The translations under genes and the position numbers were made by a program. 64,000 nt of DNA, taken from Tubulanus polymorphus. Its lineage: Eukaryota > Animalia > Nemertea. The stretch is taken from the NCBI RefSeq assembly GCF_964204645.1, contig NC_134031.1:1922001-1986000 (forward strand), given 5' to 3'. Below, piece after piece: positions 48,512 to 60,064 of this stretch. The number at the start of each line of letters is the position of its first letter. The first letter of the stretch is position 1. Below the pieces are notes generated by a model. The model searched no databases. It was not told the origin of the DNA and saw only the letters and a program-made list of their open reading frames with translations.

Positions 48512-51500
48512 ATGTCCCGCGAGCAAGATCGTTCGTACAAGGAGCTATTAGCAGAGTTATTGGAGAGCGGGCAGTTATTTGAGGATGCGGATTTTCCGGC
48601 GAAATCCTTCTCGATCGATCGGAAAAACCCTCCTCACGACGTACAATGGATGCGACCATGGGTAAGTATTGTCTACGATTTTGAAAGTAAAGGTTCTAAG
48701 CTTTAATGTCTGGCGTTGGCTAAAGATTGATCTGACAGGAGTTGGTGGTCCACCAATATTCGCGAGATAACACATTTTAGCTGCAGAATTGAATCCATGT
48801 ACGGCACCAAAATATCCCGTTTCTCAAACTGTTGTGACACAAGTCTATGATGTTATAATGTCGATATCTAAAGGGTTCTATTTCAGAGGGCATTTTTGCA
48901 TTATTGAAAAAAATTTAAAATTTCATTATTTAGAAAAATCTAAATATTGACATCATCAACATAATTTATATTTCAATATGATATTGTAACACATTCGGTT
49001 GAGAAGATCGATTTTTTACGTCATGTTTGTGCACGCGCATGATTTACATACGCAATATCGCGGTCAAGTAGGCCTCGATAATAGCGCGCTCTCTGCACTT
49101 TTTCAAGGGTTTTTATTTTTTCAATTTTGACGCGAAATAACCTTGATTGTTCTGTAAACTCATATCGTGCCCGGTACGTTGGATATTTCGGTCAAGAAAC
49201 AGCGACAATTACAGATTTATACACGCCGCCGCATACTCTGCCCGTATATATGATAAATATATACATGTATAATTTATTGCACTTGTTTGTAGAAATCGAT
49301 AACGGGCCGAACCAAGGTACTACGGGCTTATATAGATTATGTATTGATGGTAATAATTGTAGTTATAGTAAAATTAACACAGGTTTTATGTTATAGCATC
49401 GCGGTTCTCTTTGCGCAAAGTACGACGAGATGACCAATCCAATACTAAGATAACGGGGCTCGAAACTTCGGCGAGATTCGATAAAGATGACATGCAAATT
49501 TGTGCGTTGTTTACAAATGCTTATTAAAATCGTATTACGCATATTCACAGTTCGAACCCCAGATATACTTCCCATTACCAGGTTTATATATAACTATAGA
49601 ATTTTATATAGTTCTAGAATCGAATTAAGGTTGTTGCACCAGCTGCACTTAATGCGTTATACACATTATGTTTATATGACGCATCCATGACGTAATTTGA
49701 AATTAAAATGAAATGAAAAAAGTTTCAACGGTTAGATGATACATAATTCAAACGGAATCTTAAACAGTTAATGCTGAAACCAGTTGATCGAATATACATC
49801 GGTGATTCCCAGAACTGCGTTAAATCTGCTAGGCCTTTAAAAAATTCTATGTCACGGTTTGGCCAAAAACTATAGCATTACCGATATAAGTTGCGGCATT
49901 GCGGGCTATCAATCAACGCGACCCACAATCGCAATCAGTCGTTAGTTAATGAATTATAATACAAAACGAAATACGACATAACCTAAAACTATTCCGACCC
50001 ATCTTCATATAATTGTTCTCTACATTTCGATATTTTACGAGCGTTTGATGAGTTCTAAATGCTATATAAATCTATCATAACATATGATATTGTTTATTAC
50101 ATTCCTAGCAATCGAATTCATTGATATAAACGCACGTTATGTCAAAACGGAGCGGATTCGCAGTTAGATTTCGGCCGAACCCGTTTTATTTTTTTAGATA
50201 ATGCTTTAAAAATCTTGATTCATCGTGTAGCAAAAAGCAAACTTTTTTAATACCGGGAAAAATGGTGGTGTAGTAGCGACGTGAGCGTTCGTAACCTAAA
50301 ACGTAAACGTCCATATAGTTAAATGCCAAAATATCCAATGTAATCGGGATCTTTATCGAATAAACTCTGTGTAAAGATTTTCACAGTAGATTTTCAGGCT
50401 TTATGGAACTCTTTATATAAAAACATACATAAAACATCGACATGGTGTCTACGCGTGTTTAATGGTTCAATTAGCCGAAAACAACACAACCGTAACACAT
50501 CGTAAAAACGGCATATACACGAATGTAAAAATTCAAAAGTTTCAAGCGTGACCCAAAAATTCCGCCGAACTCGAAACAACTTATTCCACATGAATTTTAT
50601 GAGTCCGTTAATAAAAAAGTTTGTTGGAAAATAACTAAGATATTGATATGTTAGGTTGATTTTTATATAAATGGCAAATGAAATGGAAAATTTCATTTCA
50701 GGAAATCTTCGAGCAGCCGCTTTTCATCAATCATTCGGTCAGTCGTTTCGACTTGGACCAGGGGGAGCTGGGTGACTGCTGGTTCGTATCCGCCACGTCC
50801 CTGTTCGCCATGTCGCAACCGGCCATGTTTGAAAGAGTCGTACCGAAAGATCAAACGTTTGAACGTGGAAAATACGCCGGTAAATTATCCGACGAGAAAT
50901 TCTCGTCTTCCCGCGTTTTTATTATCTTAGCAGAGTTAGTGTACTATCAGAAAAAATTGAATGTAAATATAGCTGCAAAGCAGCCATAACGGGTTTTTCG
51001 CCTCATTGGATCTTTCACATTCACATCGTACAAGTGAATTAATTGTATACACGTATATCGGGGGTATATTGCAGGGGCGAATAATCATAATGGGAGTAAG
51101 GGAATAACAATTAGGTTTTCTGCCAAGTAGCAGAAAACCCTATTGATTTTTGGAATTATTTTTCTTTGTCATTTACAGGAATATTTCGGTTTAATTTCTG
51201 GCGATTCGGCAAGTGGACCGAGGTCGTCGTTGACGATCGTCTGCCAACGAAAAACGGTCGTTTGATTTATTGTCAAAACACAAACCAGCCGAACGAAATG
51301 TGGGGACCGCTCATCGAAAAGGCGTACGCCAAGTAAGACAAACCGATGAACCTTCATTCGTTCTTAAATCGTTACCTCATAAAAAACGACTTGATTACAA
51401 AACATTTAAACACCAACCTGTACTCAAAAATCCATTCGTTTTGGCATTGGATGTATTTCTTAAGTTGATTGATTATTAAATTTGACTCTCAAATGAAATT

Positions 51501-54500
51501 CAATGAAGCGAGAATAATTGGCCAGAAATCGGTACAACTATCAAAATATTGGCAGAAAATTTCAGTATCGTATATTTTAACAAATTTTTACTCAGGATAC
51601 ACGGATCCTACCAGGCCATCAATGGTGGCTTCATACAAGACGCGCTCGTCGATTTTACCGGTGGCCTATCCGAAGTGATCAACATGAAGGATAAGTCAAA
51701 ACTGCCCGAGAATATGGACTCCCTGTTGATGAAAACGTTGAGAATGAATTCGATGTTGGGCAGTTCAATTGCGGTCAGTTTGAACTATCGCCAATTCGTA
51801 TCTAAACGCCAACTTTTATTTGCGCCGAATGAATTATCCAACGTATTTTCTTATTATTGATGTAGAAAGCATCGTTAACTGTACCAGGTGAAGTTCTACT
51901 GCCTAATGGTCTGTATGCTGGACATGCTTACTCTATTACAGGCATGGCTACGGTAAGCTGTTAATAGTGAGATATTTCTGAAAGTCTTCGTAATATTTCG
52001 ATAATCTTTCATCCCTACGAAAACCGATGCGTTTAACAAAAATTTTGATTCGTAATTAAGCTTCACAGTTGGAATGGAATGGAAATACAAGCGATGAATT
52101 GATTTTTGAATGCACTTTTTGCAGGTAACGGATAATGCAGGCGAAAGGACGAGGCTGATTCGCTGTAGGAACCCGTGGGGACGCGGTGAATACAAAGGCG
52201 CCTTCTCAGACAGGTATTAGGGCATCATATACGCTCTGCGTTTCCATTCAATATCAGTTATAACTACGAGCAATTATCTGAACAGTACTCATTTCACTCA
52301 AACATCTTAATGGTGGCGTACTACCGAAACCCGCAAGTACTACTTTCTTTCCATCAGGTAGGTTTCGCGAAAACAAAGATGACAATTTTCTGTGTAGGTA
52401 TTCAAGTAAACGCGTTTTATTTATAATTGCTCGGTTATAACAAATACAAATAGATTATTTGACGCCTTGGAAAATGTAGAATATCTTCGTGAAAGCTTAG
52501 TGGTAATATAATATAGAAAGTCTTGTTCAAAGAAATCCTCAGAAGTTATATTGGGCTGAATTAGGGTTCTTGTAGCCGACCGGGGTAGGATTGAATTAGT
52601 CCAACCCCATCCTCCTGTGTAGGTTTCTAAAAACCAGACCGAATTTCATTTCGAATCGGTTGTCTTTTAGTTCTACCGCGTGGGATAGCATACCTGACGA
52701 AGAAAAAGAAAAACTTCATTTAGTCGACCGCGAAGATGGCGAATTCTGGTCAGTTCACGATCTACTACGATTTTGAGAGAATTAGTACCGTTAACTATTA
52801 AGACACTATGGTACAACATTTGTTTTTGTTAGGATGCCATTTGAAGACTGGAAAGAAAGCTTCACATCCTGCGAAATGGTTCATCTTTCTCCCGATGCTA
52901 TTATGGGAGTCATCGACGATGAGGTAATCGACGCCTGTGCCGAAAATATCATTTTATCATTTAGATATTTTGTTTATTTTGCAATTGCCTTTTTTGAACG
53001 TATTTGTCACATTTTTATGACACCAATTAAATCTTAGTGTTAGTGTACACAATATATTATCTCTACGAATCCATTTCGTCCGTGTATTAGTGTGCAATTT
53101 TTCTATTAATTAGAACAAGGTCAGATCTGTTGTCCTATATTTCGCCTATGAATATGTCCCAAATAATGCCGCTTGTAAAATTATATTGACGTGTTTTATT
53201 TTGATATTTATCTTTTTCTAGACTTTAGCGCAGGTAAAGTAAGAATGATAAAACTTGCTATCCGCTTCATAATCGAGTGGCTCTAACTCTTAAGCTCTTA
53301 ATAATGATTACTATTTGACGCTGACGTCACGGAAGTGGCCGTCTTGAATGGCTGTGGTTTTACTTCAGTCAGCCACTTGTGTTTTACGGCCAGTATGACG
53401 CGCTTTGACGTCTACGCGAATAACCTCTAACGACTTAGCTTATGATTAGTTCTAATAAAACAGAAATAACGATATACTGATGGACCTTCTAAAATGTTCA
53501 GTCATTCCTTGAACGAGTCATTGTTCTGTTCTACAGACTGTGGAGTTGGATTTGATTTTGATAAATCAACTGATTTTTGCAATATTCAATCTTAGAAATA
53601 AATCCGTAGAAGACTAATATACATCCCAACTAATCATCTATCAACTCTGTGCAACCTATTTCTAAAATCGTAACTAACACTTACAACCCTTTAACGCGTC
53701 CATTGCTATGTACGAAGATATATACATGAAACTATTGATAGAATTTGGAAAAATATATTGAAGTTTTTTTTTTTCATTTTCTGGGAACAGGATCGCGAAA
53801 CCTGGGGAAAGTCGGTCTACCATGGGCGATGGGTAAGAGGCGTTAGTGCAGGAGGCTGCGGTAACAAACCATATCAAAGTACGTAACTAGAGGGACATGA
53901 TGGCGGCAGTCCATTTTTTCTGGAAGATCGGGCCATTTGTACGGGTTATAACCGTTTAACCTTTCATTTCAAGGACTTTTGTGGATAAATCCCCAGTACG
54001 CGTTGTTAGGAGAACCTGAGGCGGCACAAGATGACGGCAAATGCACTTTCATAGTTTCTCTGATGGAGAAAAATCGCGGACAGTTTGAAGAGACGAGTAT
54101 TGGATTTCAGGTGTTTAAGGTACGAAGATACATATTATCAGAAATCGTGAAAATCGGGTTAGAAAATAGTAGGGTTTCATGTAAATCCAGCTGGCACCAC
54201 CAGATGGCATGACTAACAGTCGGTCCTCCTTCAAAATTGTTTTTAACCATCATCTCTGAAATGAATTTTCATGCAGTTTTAATCACTATGAGCCTTAAAA
54301 TAGATGTAATATTGATCGGGAGATTGCGTATGATATTGTTTCACTGATTCTTCAGTTCTTAAATTGCAATGTAGAAGAATCTGAACGCGGTAGAACGTGT
54401 ACTACTAGCGCGCCTAGTGGATCCTCACTTGCCACAAGCGGAATCCTCTGTTGCCACAGTCACACATTAGGAAGGTGTTAAGTAAGATATATTTTCTATA

Positions 54501-57500
54501 TTCTTCTGCACAGGTTCGCAACGACACGCCGAGGGTGATCAATCAAGATAATTTCAGCGATTACGTGCTGAGACGAGCGGCAATGTCGAACGCGTACACG
54601 AACTTGAGAGAAACAACGAACCGATTCGAACTCGACCCGGGACGTTATATCATCATTCCGACGACATTCGCGCCGGGAAAAGAAGCGGAATTCCTGCTGA
54701 GGATATTCACAGAAAAAGAAACACCAAAAACGAAGTAATTACAAAAAGAACTTGAATATCTCAAGAAAACACGGACAATGCCCGGTTTCGAACCTGGGCA
54801 AAATGATGACATACACGGATGGCTTTGCTCACACTAAGCCACATCACCGATATGTGAAAATAACACGCTATCATATTATCTGGCACTACTTGGTATTGAC
54901 CTTTTAGTCCGAATGTAGAAAAAGTCGTGATGGGGCCGTAACAAAGGGTTGTCTTATTGGAAAAATCGTTTTGAAGATTTATGTTAATAGATTTTGTATT
55001 GACGCTTAAATATTATTCCGTTTTAGTGAGATAGATGAAGAGACCGGGCCAACTGATGTAAGTTCATGTCGTCTGCTCATTATAGTTAAAACCTTTAATA
55101 TGTCACAGGGGTGGTGTGGACCCAAAGCCTACTTTTGAAGTTCCAATAGTTTGATCATCATTGAAATGGTAGATTGGGAGATGTATTTGCAAGGCGTTGG
55201 ATTTGAAAATTCGAGGCTGCATTAGACGCACTTTACAGCAATTTTCAAGTAGAAAACCATTTCCTTATTCTACCAATCATGCAGTAAAAAGTGAAAGTTT
55301 GAATTCATTCGGAAGAGGGCAATTTAAAACATTTGACACTTGTAGACAGCTTGGATCATCGCTTTCTAATCGCTTATTCACTTAATGTTCACAGCCTCGT
55401 GAAAAAGACGAATCAAACTTGACGGAACTGTTCCAGAAGTACGCCGGAGGAGATCACCTGATCGATGCTCGAGAATTGAAACAGGTCCTAAACGATCTTT
55501 ACGCTACAGGTAAATATTCTTCCGTCCTTGGTGCGCGCTATGCTACATTACCATAACCATCAGCACAATCATGATGATATCCATCAAACAGCATTAATTC
55601 GCATTATATAGATCATAATTTGCTTTTTATCTCATACGACATGAGTAGAGAGTAACGAACAATCTTCACAACGCAGTTCAGTTGTGTTTACCTATTTCTC
55701 TGTACATGTAGGTGGTTTATACAATCGCGTAAATTCAACATCGGGCACCACCAGGCGGCGACACGATCGTTCTACAGGGTATAATAAGTGGGGCTGTTGC
55801 CCGTCTCTGTTCTCTGTGCAGCGTCGTACTGTATATAAGGGTAAATCGCGCGTCTCCATGCTTACCTCTCTATCTCTCGTCTGTTTACCTAATGCGAAGG
55901 TGAAGGCCGTCGACTTATCTATGGGCATGGGAGTGCCAGCGTTAGGGGGACAAATAAGATTCTCGAGTGTATATTCCGACTAAGACGGTCGCCCAGAAAC
56001 TTTCTTTCCAAAGAACTGAGACTGGAGAATTGGAACAATAGACGCTTAGCGGAATGACAATGAAATTCGATGGAAATCCCCGGGCCACAATGACGATGGC
56101 GGTAGCCACTCTAAGCACCAGTATGCTTCAGGCTTTTCAGGCCACTTTCTCATTGCTATCCTTTCATCCACTAAATCGCCCTTATACGATATACATCTAT
56201 TCACGTATATTTATCTAAATGCAGTCGCCTTAATCTCCTCTGTCTATCATCGGTATGGAATGTGCGTCGTTCACGATTTCAATTCGAACTGAAGTCGTCG
56301 TTTGTCGATATTCTGTGTCCGGATTGCTAGAAGTGTTGTTCTATTTGCAGGTGGAGATGAAGAACGCCAATTCGGGGTTGAGGCGAGTCGAAGCATGCTC
56401 GCTATGATGGACGTATCCTTTTACGTATTTGTACGAAATGCATTGTTTCGAGTATATAACAGCCGGTGAGCCTGATACAACGGTATATTTCACAGCCATC
56501 AGACTTTTCTTGACTTATCCTCCAGACTGATCGTTCTGGTCAAATCGACTATGAAGAATTTGTTCAGATGATAACCGAAATAAACGTCTGGAAAGTGAGT
56601 AAAAAATTCGCGAAAAAAGAATCTACTGGTCGTTTTTGTTTGGTCCTCTATTGATTCCTAGCAGTCCGGGCTTTTTAAGGCCGGCCTTAATTAAGTCAAA
56701 ATCTGAGTCCTAGTACTATTTTCAGGGAGTTTTTGACACGTACGACCGAGAGAGCAACGGTTCAATTGATGTGTATGAGTTGGCTAAATGCTTTAAACGA
56801 ATTGGTAAAAAAGATGATTGTAGATATACAAATCTTACGTTTTGTCCTGTAATCCTTGGGTCGGTTTTATAGACTGCACGGTATTACCTTTTTACCCTGG
56901 GCTAACTCAATTCATTATCAATTGAGTTAGCCCCCGGGTTAAAGGTAATTGAACCGGGTAATTAAACCGGGCCCTTGTGATCCATTGAGAATATGTCTAC
57001 AGAATACGTGAAAACTGTCGTATATGTTTGTATATGTTTGTAAATGTTTGTAGGTTTCCCCGTTAGTCGTCGCATCTTGATCCCGATTGTAAAACGATAC
57101 GGCGGTAAGGATATGATAATGACGTTTGAAGATTTCGTTCTCGCTTCCACCAGACTTCGTTGTATGTTTGGTAAGTAATTCGAAATGGTTTATTCTAGAA
57201 TATCGTAAAATAGTGCGGTTACCAAAGGTTGCTGACTGAGCTCGAGTCGATCTCCTCCTGCACTAACAATCTTATGTTTGTAAATTATTTTCTTGGACAA
57301 TTTTAGGCGCCTTTATGAAGCATACTGTCGGAGGTATAAGAGGAAGAACACAAATCGACTTGGAAACTGTAAGTTTTCGGTCACTCATCGATTCGGGTTA
57401 CGTGTAGATCCTCCAACAGCTCACGGATGGGGCCAGTTCTGTAGACCAAACTTTCGGGTTCCTACTAGCTCACGGATGGGGCCAGTTCTGTAGACCAAAC

Positions 57501-57744
57501 TTCGGGATATCCTGATAAGAAATAATTTCGATTTTGAATTTCGTTAACCCCGTGGTTTATGATACCGTACCCCACGTATAGTATGGTCTATTTAATCGGC
57601 CCCGCAGACCTTTATAACAGTCGGCCGTACAAATTATTCCGTGACAAACTCACTTCTAACTTAACAGGTTGTGTATTGAAAGGCATTACAAACGGGATTC
57701 ATTTCGTTTATTTCCAGTGGTTGGAATCGACATTGTACTGCTGA
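48512..57744 (+). CDS. Classical calpain (CysPc, C2-like/CBSW, penta-EF-hand)
   Basis: Exons 48512-48661, 50702-50879 (QGELGDCW, catalytic Cys), 51179-51332, 51596-51773, 51866-51952 (GHAYS, His), 52125-52213 (RNPWG, Asn), 52671-52748, 52833-52923, [53222-53233], 53791-53878, 53974-54119, 54514-54734, 55027-55057, 55395-55509, 56351-56412, 56526-56594, 56726-56804, 57054-57170, 57307-57368, 57718-57744. EF loops [13 protein letters not shown] and [13 protein letters not shown]; ends WLESTLYC*. Confidence 0.95.
54772..54850 (-). mobile_element. tRNA-like SINE head or tRNA pseudogene in a calpain intron
   Basis: Minus strand has TGGCTTAGTGTG (A-box), a CCCAGGTTCGAAACCGGG T-arm, then T-runs; no proper anticodon arm. 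Confidence 0.55.
56413..56525 (+). other. U12-type (minor spliceosome) GT-AG intron in the calpain PEF region
   Basis: 5' site GTATCCTTTT; branch-like TTTTCTTGAC about 15 nt before the AG; the flanking exons join in frame (MMD|TDRSG). Confidence 0.9.
56858..56974. mobile_element. Palindromic MITE in a calpain intron
   Basis: GGGTCGGTTT...AAACCGGGCCC ends around an internal ~68-nt hairpin. Confidence 0.65.
57412..57506. repeat. 2 x ~49-bp direct repeat
   Basis: AGCTCACGGATGGGGCCAGTTCTGTAGACCAAACTT occurs twice. Confidence 0.9.
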
Positions 57745-57854
57745 AGATCTCACTCGATCTCCCTAAAACACCCAGTATTACGTCACATCGAAAACACCAC
57801 AACTTTATTTTACATCTCACGATCGAGTCGCACCTCGAAAACAGCAGCAGCGAT

Positions 57855-58040
57855 TAATTGAAGAAGTCCACAATTCATATTTCATATGAGATAGTTTATT
57901 AGAACGAAACCACAACGTTTCGGCTGTTGACTAACAGCCATCATCAGGCTGTTAGTCAACAGTCATAACAAATTTGAATTGTGGGACTTCTTCAATTATT
58001 CTACAATATACGCGGATTAGAGTGTGTTTCATTCGACGAA
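57855..58040. mobile_element. Inverted Penelope-like (pLTR-type) relic downstream of the calpain stop codon
   Basis: Arms TAATTGAAGAAGTCCACAATTCA (57855) and TGAATTGTGGGACTTCTTCAATTA (to 57998); inner arms CTGTTGACTAACAGCC / GGCTGTTAGTCAACAG; imperfect flanking direct repeat AGCAGCA(G/A)CGAT; contains a hammerhead core. Confidence 0.65.
57910..57948 (-). ncRNA. Minimal hammerhead ribozyme motif (Penelope-type)
   Basis: Minus strand reads C-CUGAUGA-U-GGCUGUU-AGUC-AACAGCC-GAAA-CGUU-GUGG: conserved cores, a 7-bp stem II and a palindromic AACGUU stem III. The stem I partner appears lost at the inversion junction. Confidence 0.65.
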
Positions 58041-58284
58041 AGCAGCAACGATAGTTCTTGGAATTCCTTGATGTACATAATCTTGTGCGGTGATACCTTC
58101 AGTCATAATAGCTTTTTTTCATCAAATCTACGTGTTGTTAGTGTCTAGATTTTTATGATATATAAAATATTTGCTAAATAGTTTGATTGATTTTTGATTC
58201 AGGTTTGGTTTTAGTGTTTGGTTGCTCTCCGAGGACCCAGTTACAAATGGTTGTCAGAAGTGCTTGTCTTTAACCGACTGCCTA

Positions 58285-58520
58285 CTGCACCGTGAGGTGC
58301 TGCCGCTATGCTTATCATTAGCGGATTTCTCATACACTAATATTAACCAACCTTGGCAATCGACACAATGTCTCAACTGCACTGTGAGGTGCTGCCGCTA
58401 TGCTTATCATTAGCGGATTTTTCATACACTAATATTAACCGACCCTGGCAATGGACATACTGTCTCGCTGCACCGTGAGGTGCTGCCGTTATGCTTGTCA
58501 TTAGCGGATTTTCCAAACAC
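58285..58520. repeat. 2.5 x ~92-bp tandem repeat in the probable calpain 3' UTR
   Basis: CTGCAC(C/T)GTGAGGTGCTGCCG(C/T)TATGCTT(A/G)TCATTAGCGGATTT at 58285, 58377 and 58468. Confidence 0.92.
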
Positions 58521-59772
58521 TTCCGTGCTGTGCAACGATATAAAATCCGCGAGCCCAAATATACAGATAGAAACCTTTCTTAATTCATATCAGATTTTTA
58601 TTACTTATAATAAATACAACGAAGATTTATCGTTATTCTTTCATGAATAAATTTCATTAAAACCTTAAAAATGATGGCATGTTGTAATACCAAATACGAA
58701 AGTACAAAATACCCGTTTCTTTTCGGATTCAATACATACAGTCTAGAAATCTATGTATTCCAGCATCAGGACAATTCTATGAATCAGCATCTAATATTTA
58801 CAGTTCGAAACGCAAACTATATAGAGACTTTTGTCCAAAGAAGAAAACGTGGAATAAAAAATAGATATATAGATCAGCGATTCAACAAGAAATTTAATAA
58901 TTATGTCTTAGTCTACCGAGTTTACGGTACGGTAATATAACTGATCAAATAAAGCGAAAATAGAAACCAGTGAAATAAATAGACATTGAATAAACTAATT
59001 TTTTACCATAAACATATATCAGGCTAATTGAACTATCAATCAAATGGAAATATCCTTCACTTATTTATGGTCAATGATAAAATAGATATGTATGTATATA
59101 TATATATATATCATATAGAAATATCTTCTGTAAAATAAAATCTCAACAAATTGATAATTTATCTGAATAAGTTAATTATGATGATGATAATAATTCGAAA
59201 CGATAATAAATAATAATAATATCATTATTACTATTACATGCATTATGGATCTAATACACAGATATATGGTACACGCCATGGTTGGAAAAAGTTTATTGAA
59301 AATATTGCATAATTTTTCTGGAATGTGTACAATTAACCAGGTTTTAATACATGATACGTACTTTATCTATAATCATTTTGGCACTTAATGGAAGATATAC
59401 CGTGATACGGAAGCCTACTTACTAACTTACTTACTACATTCTAAAATATACCTCCATGAGTTAAACATTGATTAGTGAAAATCGAAACCATTCCGTTTCA
59501 GATGAATCAATTGCAAAGTCGGGCCCTGGATCCTGTTCCACAGTGTAGTTAGGTGTTAGATCTTTATTTTATGACTGTCGGTCTTAGGTCCGTGGTCCAA
59601 GATATAGAATCTAAAATGGCCTTAGTCCGGTCTTAAAATCTAAGCTTAGATCTAGGGGCCAGTCGCAGTCGCAGCTTGAATTTTAAGACTTAGCTCTATA
59701 GTCAATCTAACAAATTGAGACCGATCTTAAGATTTAGGACCAGTTTTGGACTTAAGTCGCAAATGGGCCCAG

Positions 59773-59910
59773 GGGCCGGATCCATAGTCATGGCTTAGAC
59801 TTAAGACCAGTCGAAGACTATCTTAGTTCTATAGCCAATCTAACAACTTAAGACCAGTCTTAAGATTTAAGACCACTTTTGGACTTAAGTCTCGACTATG
59901 GAACCGGCCC
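59773..59910. mobile_element. Harbinger/PIF-like MITE (138 bp, CAG TSD), with an adjacent older copy at about 59656-59769
   Basis: CCAG|GGGCCGGATCCATAGTC...GACTATGGAACCGGCCC|CAGG. Confidence 0.85.
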
Positions 59911-60064
59911 CAGGAGTTTTTTCTAACTCACCTCTGTGGAACTGGGCGCTAGTGACGCCCTATTCACCTATTTATCTAAAATGTGTCATTACTATTGCAT
60001 AGAATACATTTACTGATACATGTATGAATCAAAATTGAGACATTCGCGAAGGAAAAACAAACTA

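Noticed and set aside
53114-53119. 6-nt calpain microexon tag|AACAAG|gtcaga
   Set aside because: Frame-compatible, but the splice signals are weak and easily arise by chance; needs junction reads.
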